Positions 37,499 to 47,369 are shown, numbered from the stretch's first letter. The stretch: DNA of 64,000 nt from an uncultured archaeon (GCA_964478605.1 CAYZIW010000006.1:1002-65001); one strand, 5' to 3'. Numbers and translations: made by a program. The notes: generated by a model not told the origin, from the sequence alone.

Positions 37499-38617
37499 TT
37501 ATCCCTCTTTAAAAAATCCCTTTCTTGCGGCTATATAGTAAGCCAAAACCTTGTACAACCAGTGGTTGTGTTTACCGAACGGAACTTCTAGAAGAAGGAT
37601 TGGAACTATTAGGCTTAGAACTACGATGTAGAGGATATACGAAAAATAGTAGTATGAAATATCGTTAAGAATCAGAATTGCAAGATACAATAGAGCTACT
37701 GGAAAGAAAACTATTAAGGACATCCAATCTGTTGAATGTGTAAACTTCTTGTAATACCAATGAGTCTTTTGCCTTACAAACAGTCTCTTCATTAGTGGTG
37801 AAGAAAAACCATAAAGCAGTGAAATTGCTGCTAAATACCCAAAAATTTTTAAGATCGTTCCATATGGGTAAATGAAAAAGTATGATGGCAAAAAAAGATA
37901 GAAAAGTAGTACCAAAGTGTATAATCCAAGCCCTAAAAGTATAAAAACGTGCTCAATTATTCTTTCCCGCTTTTCTGGAACCCTAAGGGCATCCCTCTCC
38001 ACATCTATAAAAAATTTTGTAAGTTTTATAATTGCCATTAAAAAACCGACCTTATAGTCTTTACCACCTCCAAAAGCCCTATATGCTCTTTTCGCGCTTA
38101 AAAATAATACCAAAGAAGCAAATAATGCGGAAAAAGCGATTGGATAGCTCAAATCTTTAACTGCAAAAAATTCTGTGCTGATATAATCTGCTAATGAACG
38201 CCAATAGTAGAAATAGTAGAAAGAAAGAGAAATTGCGAAAACTACGAAATGTAGAAACAGTTTTTTGAGTAAGCCTGTCTTATTCCACCACCTAGAGACA
38301 CCAAAAGGATCGAAAAATCCGCTTTGGTACCTTCTTATCGCTGCCAGTACTTCAGAGGGGCTTGCACCACGGGGACAGCTATCAGTACAATCTCCGTGGA
38401 GATTACAAGTCCATGGAGTTATATCTCCCAATATTTTCTCATTTAAACCGATCTGTGTATATCTTATAGCTCTTCTGAAGCTTACATCGATCGATTCAGT
38501 AATTGGACAAACTGCCGTACAAGAACCACATTGATAACATTCTAAAAGACTTTTTCCTCCCATTTTTATTATCTCTTCTGCAATCTTTGGATTTGCAAAC
38601 AATACACTATTTAACAT
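37499..38617 (-). CDS. QmoC-like fusion: HdrC-like 2x[4Fe-4S] domain plus a NarI/HdrE-like membrane domain
   Basis: 372 aa. N-terminal CYQCGSCTAVCP and CNLHGDCTDSCP, then multiple hydrophobic helices, ending in VPFGKHNHWLYK. That end resembles the PF(S/T/G)(K/R)xxH helix-5 motif of NarI-family cytochrome b. Confidence 0.7.
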   Translation of the reverse strand: MLNSVLFANPKIAEEIIKMGGKSLLECYQCGSCTAVCPITESIDVSFRRAIRYTQIGLNEKILGDITPWTCNLHGDCTDSCPRGASPSEVLAAIRRYQSGFFDPFGVSRWWNKTGLLKKLFLHFVVFAISLSFYYFYYWRSLADYISTEFFAVKDLSYPIAFSALFASLVLFLSAKRAYRAFGGGKDYKVGFLMAIIKLTKFFIDVERDALRVPEKRERIIEHVFILLGLGLYTLVLLFYLFLPSYFFIYPYGTILKIFGYLAAISLLYGFSSPLMKRLFVRQKTHWYYKKFTHSTDWMSLIVFFPVALLYLAILILNDISYYYFSYILYIVVLSLIVPILLLEVPFGKHNHWLYKVLAYYIAARKGFFKEG

Positions 38618-38745
38618 TATAAACCCCCCAAACTGTTATAATTTCCAATTTTTGTTGATAATTTTTGTCGCTACAAATATTTAAAATTTTTGCTCGTGAT
38701 AGCAAATGTGTGAAAACTTTAAAAATTTTTGGAGATTTAGACAAT

Positions 38746-39867
38746 ATGCAATCCGCTCTGAAGTTCATAGTCCTCATGGGAATTGTCAGCCTTCTCGGAG
38801 ATACTGTTTACGAAGGTGCGAGAGGTGTAATAGGTACTTACCTAGCTACACTCGGAGCAACAGCCTTTTATGTTGGAATCCTCGTAGGTTTAGGAGAGCT
38901 TATCGGCTACAGCTTAAGAATGGCTTTTGGATATCTCTCAGATAAAACACGAGCCTACTGGCTTTTCACATTCCTAGGTTATGCGTTGATTTTATCTATC
39001 CCTCTAATCTCGTTCTTCGATGAAATCGGCATAGTTAGTGTTTTAATACTTGCCGAAAGGATTGGAAAGGGAATTAGATCTCCACCAAGAGATACTCTCA
39101 TCTCTCTAGCATCTAAAAAATTTGGTAGGGGTATTTCTTTTGGACTACATGAAGCTCTAGACCAAATAGGTGCTTTAATCGGACCATTTATCTTTTTCGT
39201 GGTTTTATATTTAGGTTTCGGTTATAAAACTGGCTTCGCAATCCTTTTCATTCCAGCAATTCTTATGCTAGCATTTTTATATCTAGCTCGGATTAACTAT
39301 CCCGAAGTTGAAACCTCAACTGGAGTTGAAAAAGCAAAACTGGATAAAAATTTCTGGTATTATCTCTTATTCACAATACTCTCTACCGCAGGCCTAGCTA
39401 ATTTTCAGCTGATCGCTTACCATCTTAAGCTAAATTCCATTTTCTCAGATGAGATAATACCTGTGCTCTATTCAGCGGCGATGGGTGTTGATGCTATATC
39501 TGCTCTAATTTCTGGCAAATTTTACGACAGGTCAGGGTTAAAAACTCTACTCTTATTACCAATTTTGACATTTTTGTCAGTTTTTTTAGCCTTTGGTCAT
39601 TTTCCAATTGTCGGAATACTTTTCTTTGGATTAGTAATGGGTATGCAGGAATCTGTTATACGTGCTGCAGTTGCAGATATCGTTAAAGCTGAAAAAAGAG
39701 CTACAGCTTATGGGATATTTCATAGCGGGGTTGGTTTTGGTTTCTTTATTGGTGGCGCTCTTGTAGGGTATCTTTATGAGACTTCAATAGATCTCGTTCT
39801 CTTATACTCGCTAATTATCGAATTGATCGCAGCAGCATTTTTGGTGAAATTGCTGAGGAATTTTTAA
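38746..39867 (+). CDS. MFS-type transporter
   Basis: About 373 aa and largely hydrophobic, with about 10-12 predicted helices by eye. Start taken at MQSALKF (38746). Confidence 0.6.
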   Translation: MQSALKFIVLMGIVSLLGDTVYEGARGVIGTYLATLGATAFYVGILVGLGELIGYSLRMAFGYLSDKTRAYWLFTFLGYALILSIPLISFFDEIGIVSVLILAERIGKGIRSPPRDTLISLASKKFGRGISFGLHEALDQIGALIGPFIFFVVLYLGFGYKTGFAILFIPAILMLAFLYLARINYPEVETSTGVEKAKLDKNFWYYLLFTILSTAGLANFQLIAYHLKLNSIFSDEIIPVLYSAAMGVDAISALISGKFYDRSGLKTLLLLPILTFLSVFLAFGHFPIVGILFFGLVMGMQESVIRAAVADIVKAEKRATAYGIFHSGVGFGFFIGGALVGYLYETSIDLVLLYSLIIELIAAAFLVKLLRNF

Positions 39868-39998
39868 CTTTTAAAAGCAGATCTAAACCTTTTCTAACTT
39901 GCAATGTAGTGGATCGGCAAGGAGAAAATATTAAAGTTCCCAAAGCGTAAAGCATAAATATTGCTTACGGCTACAGTCAAAGGCTTGGAGGTGGTAAC

Positions 39999-41726
39999 TT
40001 GAAAAAAGATCTGATCCGAATTCAAGGCGTTTCGAAGAAATTTGATTCTGATTATGTTCTTAAAGACATCAATCTGACGATAAAAGAAGGAGAAGCTTTG
40101 GGAATTATTGGTCTAAGCGGTAGCGGTAAATCTGTCCTCATTCATATAATAAGAGGTTATAAGGAATACAAACCAACTGAAGGTAAGGTGATATACAACG
40201 TAGCTCTGTGCAAAAACTGCTACTGGGTAGATGTTCCAAGCAAGGCAGGTCAAAATTGTCTAAGATGTGATGGAAAGCTGGAAGAATGTGAAGTGGACAT
40301 ATGGGAGCTCGAAGATAAAGAACTTGCCGCTGCAATTAGAAAAAGAGTTGGTATAATGCTTCAAAGAACCTTCGCCCTCTACAGTGAGCAATCTGCTTTA
40401 GAGAACGTTATGGAAGCTATAAGCAGTGCAGGATTAGATGGGTTTAGTTTTGGAGCTACTAGAAGGGTTGAAATGCTAAGTAGAACTGCATACACGAACG
40501 ATGTAATTAACAAGGCCGTAGAATACCTTAAAGCTGTAAATCTTAGCCACAGAATGATGACACCCGCAAGAGATCTCAGTGGTGGTGAAAAACAGAGAGT
40601 GATACTTGCGAGACAGTTAGCGATTGAACCCATAGTACTGCTTGCCGATGAACCAACAGGTACGCTTGATCCTGAAAACACAAGGGTCATATTAAATGCT
40701 CTCAAAAAATACATAAAGGACCAAGGTCGAACGCTTGTTCTTACATCTCACATCCCTCAAATAATCGAAAAACTTTCCGATAGAGTCGTCTGGCTTGACC
40801 ATGGCAAAGTTGTTGCTGAAGGTGATCCTAAAAGCATAATTAAAAAATTCTTAGAACAAGTATCTAAAGAAGAGGTAAAAACTGAAATTGCTGTAGAGCA
40901 GGAGATACTAAAACTTAAAGACGTGAAGAAGTACTACTACTCGGTAAGCAGGGGAGTTGTTAAGGCAGTTGATGGTGTTACGCTTGAGGTAAAAGAGGGA
41001 GAAATATTTGGGATCCTTGGACCAAGTGGTTCTGGAAAAACAACGCTTTCAAGAATAATCGCTGGAATAATTCCTCCAACGAACGGGGAGGTTTACATTA
41101 GAATAGGCGACGATTGGGTAGACATGAGAGCACCAGGACTAACAGGAAAAGGTAGAGCCACACCTTATATAGGTATCTTACATCAAGAATATGGATTGTT
41201 TCCGTTTAGATCTGTACTAGAGAACCTTACAGACTCAATAAGCTTGGATTTTCCAGCAGAGTTTGCAAGAATGAGAGCTATAGATGTTCTTATGGGTGTT
41301 GGATTTCCCAGAGAAGAAGCTGAGAAGATCCTGGAGAGAACTCCAGATGAGTTGAGTGAAGGTCAGAGGCATAGGGTCGCTTTAGCCCAAGTTATGATAA
41401 GAGAACCAAGACTACTACTGCTGGACGAACCTTCCGGCACCATGGACCCAATAACGAAAATAGAAGTTGCAAAGACGCTTAACAAGATAAGAGAAGAAAC
41501 GAAAGCAACGATAGTTGTTATCTCCCACGACATGGAATTCACACGCCTTGTTTGTGATAGGGTAGCTTTAATGCTTGACGGCAAAATTAGACTCATGGGT
41601 TCAGCAAACGAGGTGATAGAATCGCTTGAAAAACTTGAGTTGAAGATTTCAGAAATTGGAGAAATTGTAGTGAGGAAGGAAGAAGAAGGAATGATAAGTA
41701 AAACCGACACAAGTTGTGGTGTTTAA
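39999..41726 (+). CDS. atwA: Methyl-coenzyme M reductase system component A2 (double ABC ATPase)
   Basis: 575 aa. Two ABC cassettes (GLSGSGKS...LSGGEKQR...LLADEPT and GPSGSGKT...LSEGQRHR...LLLDEPS), with the Cys-rich insert CKNCYW...CLRCDG in cassette 1. TTG start follows GGAGGTGG. Confidence 0.8.
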   Translation: MKKDLIRIQGVSKKFDSDYVLKDINLTIKEGEALGIIGLSGSGKSVLIHIIRGYKEYKPTEGKVIYNVALCKNCYWVDVPSKAGQNCLRCDGKLEECEVDIWELEDKELAAAIRKRVGIMLQRTFALYSEQSALENVMEAISSAGLDGFSFGATRRVEMLSRTAYTNDVINKAVEYLKAVNLSHRMMTPARDLSGGEKQRVILARQLAIEPIVLLADEPTGTLDPENTRVILNALKKYIKDQGRTLVLTSHIPQIIEKLSDRVVWLDHGKVVAEGDPKSIIKKFLEQVSKEEVKTEIAVEQEILKLKDVKKYYYSVSRGVVKAVDGVTLEVKEGEIFGILGPSGSGKTTLSRIIAGIIPPTNGEVYIRIGDDWVDMRAPGLTGKGRATPYIGILHQEYGLFPFRSVLENLTDSISLDFPAEFARMRAIDVLMGVGFPREEAEKILERTPDELSEGQRHRVALAQVMIREPRLLLLDEPSGTMDPITKIEVAKTLNKIREETKATIVVISHDMEFTRLVCDRVALMLDGKIRLMGSANEVIESLEKLELKISEIGEIVVRKEEEGMISKTDTSCGV

Positions 41727-42247
41727 GTTTTTTTACTCTTAAGAGCAGCAATTCTCAAAGCATTCTCCAAATCGCTTTTTGGGATTATTGTTACTATTGG
41801 TATCCTCAGTATTTTTTCCAAGATTGGGCTCAATATTGGCGCACAGACTATAGCTTTTGCACCATCTCTCTCAGCTCTAATTGCAGAAACTATAGCTTCA
41901 TCGAAGGAATTCGCTGGATATTCTTTAACGTTTATCTTTCTACCATCGACTTCTAGCTCATAGCTCAAAAGCTGATTCAAAGCTACCCTAGAAGCTACAA
42001 CAGCGATAAAATCCTCTTCAGACTCCAAAAACTTAAATATTGTATTCAGTATTTTCCTTAGAGTGCTCAAATTCGGTTCTCTCTTTGCTGAAATTATTTT
42101 ATAGAGAGTACTTAGGGGAATTCCAGCCTCGATCGCAAAATCCTTTAGGTTCATACCCAATTCCTTTTTGATTACTTCCTCAAGCTTCTCACCGAAGTTT
42201 TCTGCATGGAGGAGGGAGAGTACAACCTCAGCGTAATTCTTTCTCAT
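41723..42247 (-). CDS. HTH (XRE-like) transcriptional regulator with an uncharacterised C-terminal domain
   Basis: 174 aa. Contains LKDFAIEAGIPLSTLYKIISAKREPNLSTLRKI. The 3' end overlaps the atwA stop by 4 nt in convergent orientation. Confidence 0.55.
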   Translation of the reverse strand: MRKNYAEVVLSLLHAENFGEKLEEVIKKELGMNLKDFAIEAGIPLSTLYKIISAKREPNLSTLRKILNTIFKFLESEEDFIAVVASRVALNQLLSYELEVDGRKINVKEYPANSFDEAIVSAIRAERDGAKAIVCAPILSPILEKILRIPIVTIIPKSDLENALRIAALKSKKT

Positions 42248-42347
42248 AATTTCCTCTAAGGATAAAAGTGTTTAAAAAACTTCCTCTTTGTACCAACAAA
42301 ATGTAATCTTAGGAAAGTTTTATAAAGCGATGGTGTAAGCAGAGGAT

Positions 42348-43370
42348 ATGAAGAGGTGGATACTGATTTCTCTAGTAGTTTTTACAGCCTGTTTAGCTTT
42401 CTGCATAAGCGAGGAGCAAAAGGTCAAAGAGATAAGAGTCAGCTACCAGCCAAGCTGGCACCACGCAGCCCTTTTTGTAATAATAGAAAAAGGATGGGAT
42501 GAAAAAATTCTTGGTGCTAAGATAGTAACAAGCCCACCGTTTGCGTCTGGGCCACCACAGATGGAAGCCTTTGCATCAGGGCAGCACGATATTGCCTACG
42601 TTGGTGCAGCTCCGCCTTTGTCACTACTTTCTAGAGGTTTCGATGCTAAGATAGTGGCGGTTGCAAATACTGAAGGTTCAGCAATCATTGCAAGGCAGGA
42701 TACAGTCTACGACGGTCCAAAATCCCTTGAAGGAAAGTCGATAATGACATACCAGCCCGGATCAATTCAACATACAGTTCTTATGAAGTGGCTTAAAGAT
42801 AACAACGTCGATATCTCAAAGGTAGATATAAAATATGGTGGTCCAGCAGAGATAAGAGAAGCATTGAGAGCTAAAGCTGTAGACTTCGGCTTCGCTCCAG
42901 ACCCTACACCTTTGGTCGCAGAGATCGAGGGCTATGGAAAGATCGTAGCAGGATCTTCGGATCTCTCTCCAAATCATCCATGCTGCGTTGTTTTGATGAG
43001 TGGAAAGTTCATCAGAGAGAACGAAGAGCTTGCTGCAAAGTTCTTAGCTCTGCATATAATTGCAAGTGAGTACGCAAAAGATCCGAAAAACAAAGAAGAG
43101 ATGAAGCAAATTTTAATAAAGTGGCTCGGAATTAACGAAGCTGTAGCTGAAAAATTCCCTGGAACAACGAATCTACAAACAGATCCTAGAGACAAAAACT
43201 GGCAGAACGGATTAAACCTGCTCTGCGAAGCACAGTATGACTTGGGGCTGACAAAAGATAGCAAAGGAAATCCGATTAAATTAAAAGCTGAAGAGATCGT
43301 TGATGTTAAGCTCTACGAAAAAGCTTTAAGCATGGTGCCGAAAATAAAAAGTGAGCTGGGGTTGAAATGA
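42348..43370 (+). CDS. ABC transporter substrate-binding protein, NitT/TauT (NMT1/SsuA-like) family
   Basis: 340 aa. N-terminal signal/anchor followed by an SsuA-like pattern (IRVSYQPSWHHAA, DIAYVGAAP). Confidence 0.7.
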   Translation: MKRWILISLVVFTACLAFCISEEQKVKEIRVSYQPSWHHAALFVIIEKGWDEKILGAKIVTSPPFASGPPQMEAFASGQHDIAYVGAAPPLSLLSRGFDAKIVAVANTEGSAIIARQDTVYDGPKSLEGKSIMTYQPGSIQHTVLMKWLKDNNVDISKVDIKYGGPAEIREALRAKAVDFGFAPDPTPLVAEIEGYGKIVAGSSDLSPNHPCCVVLMSGKFIRENEELAAKFLALHIIASEYAKDPKNKEEMKQILIKWLGINEAVAEKFPGTTNLQTDPRDKNWQNGLNLLCEAQYDLGLTKDSKGNPIKLKAEEIVDVKLYEKALSMVPKIKSELGLK

Positions 43371-44149
43371 ACTTGAAAAATTTAGTAATATTTATTTTTT
43401 CGATTGGAAGTTTTTTTGCCGTTTGGGAGATTTATTACTGGGTTTTTATAAATAATCCTTTTATTCTTGCTCCACCTTCTAAGGTTATCCCTACATTTTA
43501 TGATCTGCTCGCTGGTAACATTCAGGGCTTTTATATGCCTCTAGATGCCATATACAGTCTGTATCATTACTTTCTTGGCTTTACAGTGGCTGTTGCAGTT
43601 GGATTTAGTGTGGGGTTAATTGCGGGATGGTACAAAAGGGTAGAAAGGTTCCTATATCCAATAATCGAGCTTATCAGACCGATACCACCGATAGCCTGGA
43701 TACCGATTTCAATACTGCTTCTCAAACTTACTCACACAGCAGCAGCGTTCATAATTTTCATAGGATCCGTATTTCCAATACTTTTAAACACCATCTACGG
43801 TGTGTCTTCCATCGAAAAGAAATACATCGAAGCTGCCTTAACACTTGGTGCAACAAAGACAAAAGATATTTTTATAAAGGTAATAATCCCTGCATCGATG
43901 CCAGCTTTCCTTACAGGTTTAAGAGTTGGCTCAGGAGTTGCTTGGATGTGCGTTGTTGCTGCAGAACTTTTTGGAGTATCCCATTATGGCTTGGGTTACA
44001 AGATCGAGCTTGGCAGACTCTACCACTCCCCAGACATCGTAATATCTTACATGCTCGCTATTGGCATAGTGGGGCTGGTGTTGGATAGAGTTTACAGAAC
44101 TTTGGAGGCATCCATCGTAAAGTGGAGAAGGGGGTATCTAATTGAGTGA
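43367..44149 (+). CDS. ABC transporter permease, NitT/TauT family
   Basis: 260 aa. BPD-transporter EAA loop region EAALTLGATKTKDIFIKVIIPASMP. Confidence 0.8.
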   Translation: MNLKNLVIFIFSIGSFFAVWEIYYWVFINNPFILAPPSKVIPTFYDLLAGNIQGFYMPLDAIYSLYHYFLGFTVAVAVGFSVGLIAGWYKRVERFLYPIIELIRPIPPIAWIPISILLLKLTHTAAAFIIFIGSVFPILLNTIYGVSSIEKKYIEAALTLGATKTKDIFIKVIIPASMPAFLTGLRVGSGVAWMCVVAAELFGVSHYGLGYKIELGRLYHSPDIVISYMLAIGIVGLVLDRVYRTLEASIVKWRRGYLIE

Positions 44150-44882
44150 GAACTTTCTTACGATAGTAAACCTGAGCAAGTGGTATGGAAACAGAAGTAT
44201 TCACGTACTGGATAATATAAACCTCGATGTTTTCAGAGGTGAATTTGTAAGTCTTCTTGGCCCAAGTGGATGTGGTAAAACCACACTACTCAGAATCATT
44301 GCCGGGCTTGAAAAGCAAGATAGTGGAGAGGTTAGACTAAAAGGAGAGCAGATAGTTGGGCCAGGACAGGATAGAGTGATGGTATTCCAAGATTATGCTC
44401 TTTTCCCCTGGCGTACTGTACTAGGAAATATCCTCTTCGGACTGGAGGTTAGAAAGATAAAGAAAGATGAAGCTTTAAAAATAGCGCAGAATTATATAAA
44501 ACTCGTAAATCTTGAGGGATTCGAGAATTCATACCCTCACGAGCTCTCTGGGGGTATGAAACAAAGAGTAGCTTTGGCAAGAGCATTAGTTTGTGATCCT
44601 GAAATACTCCTGATGGATGAACCGCTCGCTGCGCTCGATGCACAAACCAGAAACATGATGCAGAGTGAACTTGTAAGGATCTGGAGCGCAACGAAAAAAA
44701 CGATAATATATGTAACACACAGCATTGAGGAGGCAGTTTATCTCTCAGATAGAGTCGTCATTTTTACGCCAAGGCCAGCAAAGGTCAAAAAAATCGTGAA
44801 TGTGAACATTCCAAGACCAAGAGACAGGTTTTCAAGAGAATTTGTGGAATTAAGGGCAAAGATTTACGAACAACTTCACTAA
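44142..44882 (+). CDS. ABC transporter ATPase, NitT/TauT family
   Basis: 246 aa. Contains GPSGCGKTT, VFQDYALFPW, LSGGMKQR and LLMDEP. TTG start. Confidence 0.85.
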   Translation: MSENFLTIVNLSKWYGNRSIHVLDNINLDVFRGEFVSLLGPSGCGKTTLLRIIAGLEKQDSGEVRLKGEQIVGPGQDRVMVFQDYALFPWRTVLGNILFGLEVRKIKKDEALKIAQNYIKLVNLEGFENSYPHELSGGMKQRVALARALVCDPEILLMDEPLAALDAQTRNMMQSELVRIWSATKKTIIYVTHSIEEAVYLSDRVVIFTPRPAKVKKIVNVNIPRPRDRFSREFVELRAKIYEQLH

Positions 44883-44911
44883 AAATTTTAAGCCCAAGGC
44901 GAAATTTAGTT

Positions 44912-46297
44912 ATGCGCCCGCTAAAATACTGCACAGCACTTGTAGTGGATATGACTCATGGAGGCGTAGTTATATGTGAGGAGTTGTTGAAAAGAGGCTG
45001 TAAAGTACTTGCATTCGATAATCACAGAACTCTGAAGTTTTATGATGTAGAAAAGCTCAAAAGATGGGGTGTCGAAGTTTACGATGATGAAAATAAGATA
45101 AAAATCGATGATGTTGATGTTATAATTGTACAACATGCAGATCCAAACTTAAATCTTTTTAATAAAGCTATTGAACTTGGAATTCCAATAATAAGCCATG
45201 CAAGAGCTGCGGGGATAATCATTTCCGAATTAAAGGGTTCAACCAATGTCATCGAGATTACAGGAACTAACGGAAAAACTACCGTCGCAAACATGCTTGC
45301 GAAAATTCTCTGCGATGCAAACTTTAACGTCTTGATCCATGACAGCTTAAAAACAAGAATAATTTCGAACTCAGAAGAAAAAACCCTCGCCGAAGGTCTC
45401 AGCATAACACCTGCAAACACGATTAAAGCTTTCAGGATGGCTGAAAATTACGATTTTGACTTTGCGATCTTTGAAATATCCCTCGGTGGAACGGGAGCTG
45501 CCGATGTTGGAATTGTAACTGGTATCTACGAAAATTACAGAGCATCCTTCTTCAGGAACGCGTTCAACAGCAAACTCCAGATGGTCTACAACATGAAAGA
45601 TGGGATCCTTATCCTTAACGGAGATAACAAGATTTCAAGAAGGTTTTTTAATGTATTCTTCGGCACTTCAAACATTTACGGAATTAAAGAGGGAAGAGAG
45701 CTTAAAGTTAAGAGATTAGGCGAAAAAGTAGATTGTGTTGCCGATGCTTTGAAAACATGCAGCGGAAAAGATTTGAGCTGTGAATTCTCTTTCAAACTTG
45801 ATAAAACGCTTTTTGGAAGTTTTCAAATACTAAACGCACTCGGAGCTATTGCAGGTGCTTTATCTGTAGACTTAGAACCAGAAAATGCTGTAAAATCTAT
45901 AGAAAAATTCAAAGGAGTGAAGGGGAGGGCGATAGCAGAATACAAAAAGATGGGCGTAGTGGTTGATTGTTCAAACAGAGGTATAAATGTTCCAGCGATA
46001 GTCTCAGCTTTAGATGAAGCGATAGCCCTGAAAAAACAGGGACGCTTTGATGGGGTGATAGTTGCGATATCTGGATCAGAAAGGGCTGCATGTGAAATAA
46101 TAGACGTTAATAGGTTATCAAACGAATTAAAAAGCAGAGAAATAGATTTCGTTGCTCTTTCAGGAGTTTTAGGGAAAAAACTTGCACAGCAGGGTGTTAG
46201 AGGGGAGATTTTTGAGAAGATAGTTGAAAAAGAACTTGAAAAACTTTCAGCAAGCTTTAATAATCCTATTGTCCTCATCTTCAGCAATGAAGCTTAA
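44912..46297 (+). CDS. cfbE: Coenzyme F430 synthetase (Mur-ligase family)
   Basis: 461 aa. Mur ligase P-loop ITGTNGKTT. Directly upstream of cfbD and cfbB. Confidence 0.75.
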   Translation: MRPLKYCTALVVDMTHGGVVICEELLKRGCKVLAFDNHRTLKFYDVEKLKRWGVEVYDDENKIKIDDVDVIIVQHADPNLNLFNKAIELGIPIISHARAAGIIISELKGSTNVIEITGTNGKTTVANMLAKILCDANFNVLIHDSLKTRIISNSEEKTLAEGLSITPANTIKAFRMAENYDFDFAIFEISLGGTGAADVGIVTGIYENYRASFFRNAFNSKLQMVYNMKDGILILNGDNKISRRFFNVFFGTSNIYGIKEGRELKVKRLGEKVDCVADALKTCSGKDLSCEFSFKLDKTLFGSFQILNALGAIAGALSVDLEPENAVKSIEKFKGVKGRAIAEYKKMGVVVDCSNRGINVPAIVSALDEAIALKKQGRFDGVIVAISGSERAACEIIDVNRLSNELKSREIDFVALSGVLGKKLAQQGVRGEIFEKIVEKELEKLSASFNNPIVLIFSNEA

Positions 46298-47369
46298 AAG
46301 TCTGCCCTATGCAGTTCATCCACGACCTAATCCAATAGCAGCGGCACTTTATACGCTCAGAGACCTGAACTGCAGACATATAATACTCCACGGCCCAGCA
46401 GGTTGCAACTTCAGAGCTTTAAGACTTCTCGAAAAAGATGGGGTGAAGATGTTTACGACTTCCCTAAGCGATCTCGACGTAATATTGGGTGGAAAAAGGA
46501 AGCTGATAGAGGTACTTGAAGCCGTATACAGCGACTTCAAGCCAGAGCTAATAGGAGTCGTCGGTACTTGCTGCACAACTATAATCGGCGAAGACATTGA
46601 AAGCGAGATCTCTGAGGTAAAGATACCTTCAAAAATAATTGCTGTGAACATCTCCGGCTGTGGAGATAACACGGAAGGAGCTATAAGAGTGCTTGAAGCT
46701 GCCCTTAAGCTTGGAATAATAGACAAAGATGAATTCAGGAGGCAGGTTGAGATGCTGAGATTTGCAACGAAAGTTGAGAAGGAGTTCGGTGTAGCAATTC
46801 CTGGCTATTTACCGCCATCTCCTGGAGATGATGCAAACTTGGTTGCAAAAGAGATTGTTGAAAGGCTTAAAGAGGGGATAGTTGTTATACTGAATGCCAA
46901 AAAAGAAACCGCTTACCTCTACTCAGATGTGATCCTCGCTGTAAACGAGGCAAAGAAGAAAGCTGGTGGAGAATTTAAAGTTATCGCAAACTTGCTAGAA
47001 AACAAAGGACTTCCGAAAGTTAGAGAAGATGCAAGGAACATACTAAAAGAGCTAAGAGAGAATGAAATTGAAATCGAAAAGTTTAGCGGCTCTCTTGATG
47101 AATACGCTTACTCTGCTCAAATTTCGTTGAAGATTGCTGAAGATTTAGGCTTCTCTTCTGTTTTAGTCCTTGGAATCCCTCAAGCCATAAAGCCTGAAAA
47201 GTTCAATTATTCAGTTGGCGTGTCTTCAGGGGAAAGAACAATGACTCGCCTGCGGGATTTAGGATACTCAAGAGTGGTTAACGAGGAGTCTGCACATGTA
47301 AATGTCCTTGGAAGTAAGAAAATCGTAAGATCCCAGCTTGGAGATGCAATAAGAAGAGTGGTGACATGA
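46287..47369 (+). CDS. cfbD: Ni-sirohydrochlorin a,c-diamide reductive cyclase, NifD/NflD-like subunit
   Basis: About 360 aa. Nitrogenase component-1-like fold signature ILHGPAGCNF...GTCCTT. Start taken at MKLKSLPY (46287), an 11-nt overlap with cfbE. Confidence 0.7.
   Translation: MKLKSLPYAVHPRPNPIAAALYTLRDLNCRHIILHGPAGCNFRALRLLEKDGVKMFTTSLSDLDVILGGKRKLIEVLEAVYSDFKPELIGVVGTCCTTIIGEDIESEISEVKIPSKIIAVNISGCGDNTEGAIRVLEAALKLGIIDKDEFRRQVEMLRFATKVEKEFGVAIPGYLPPSPGDDANLVAKEIVERLKEGIVVILNAKKETAYLYSDVILAVNEAKKKAGGEFKVIANLLENKGLPKVREDARNILKELRENEIEIEKFSGSLDEYAYSAQISLKIAEDLGFSSVLVLGIPQAIKPEKFNYSVGVSSGERTMTRLRDLGYSRVVNEESAHVNVLGSKKIVRSQLGDAIRRVVT

Noticed and set aside
38680-38731. Two TTTAAAA(A)TTTTTG direct repeats between the qmoC-like gene and the MFS gene, as a possible specific operator
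   Set aside because: The same TTTAAAAATTT-type element recurs upstream of many genes in the window (for example near 18620, 25665, 44885 and 48735). It is most simply the generic BRE/TATA promoter flavour of this genome.
43627-44088. 153-aa alternative-frame ORF inside the ABC permease gene
   Set aside because: It is on the same strand but out of frame with a permease that has a clear EAA-loop and hydrophobic pattern. Its translation is Arg/Ser/His-rich with no motif.
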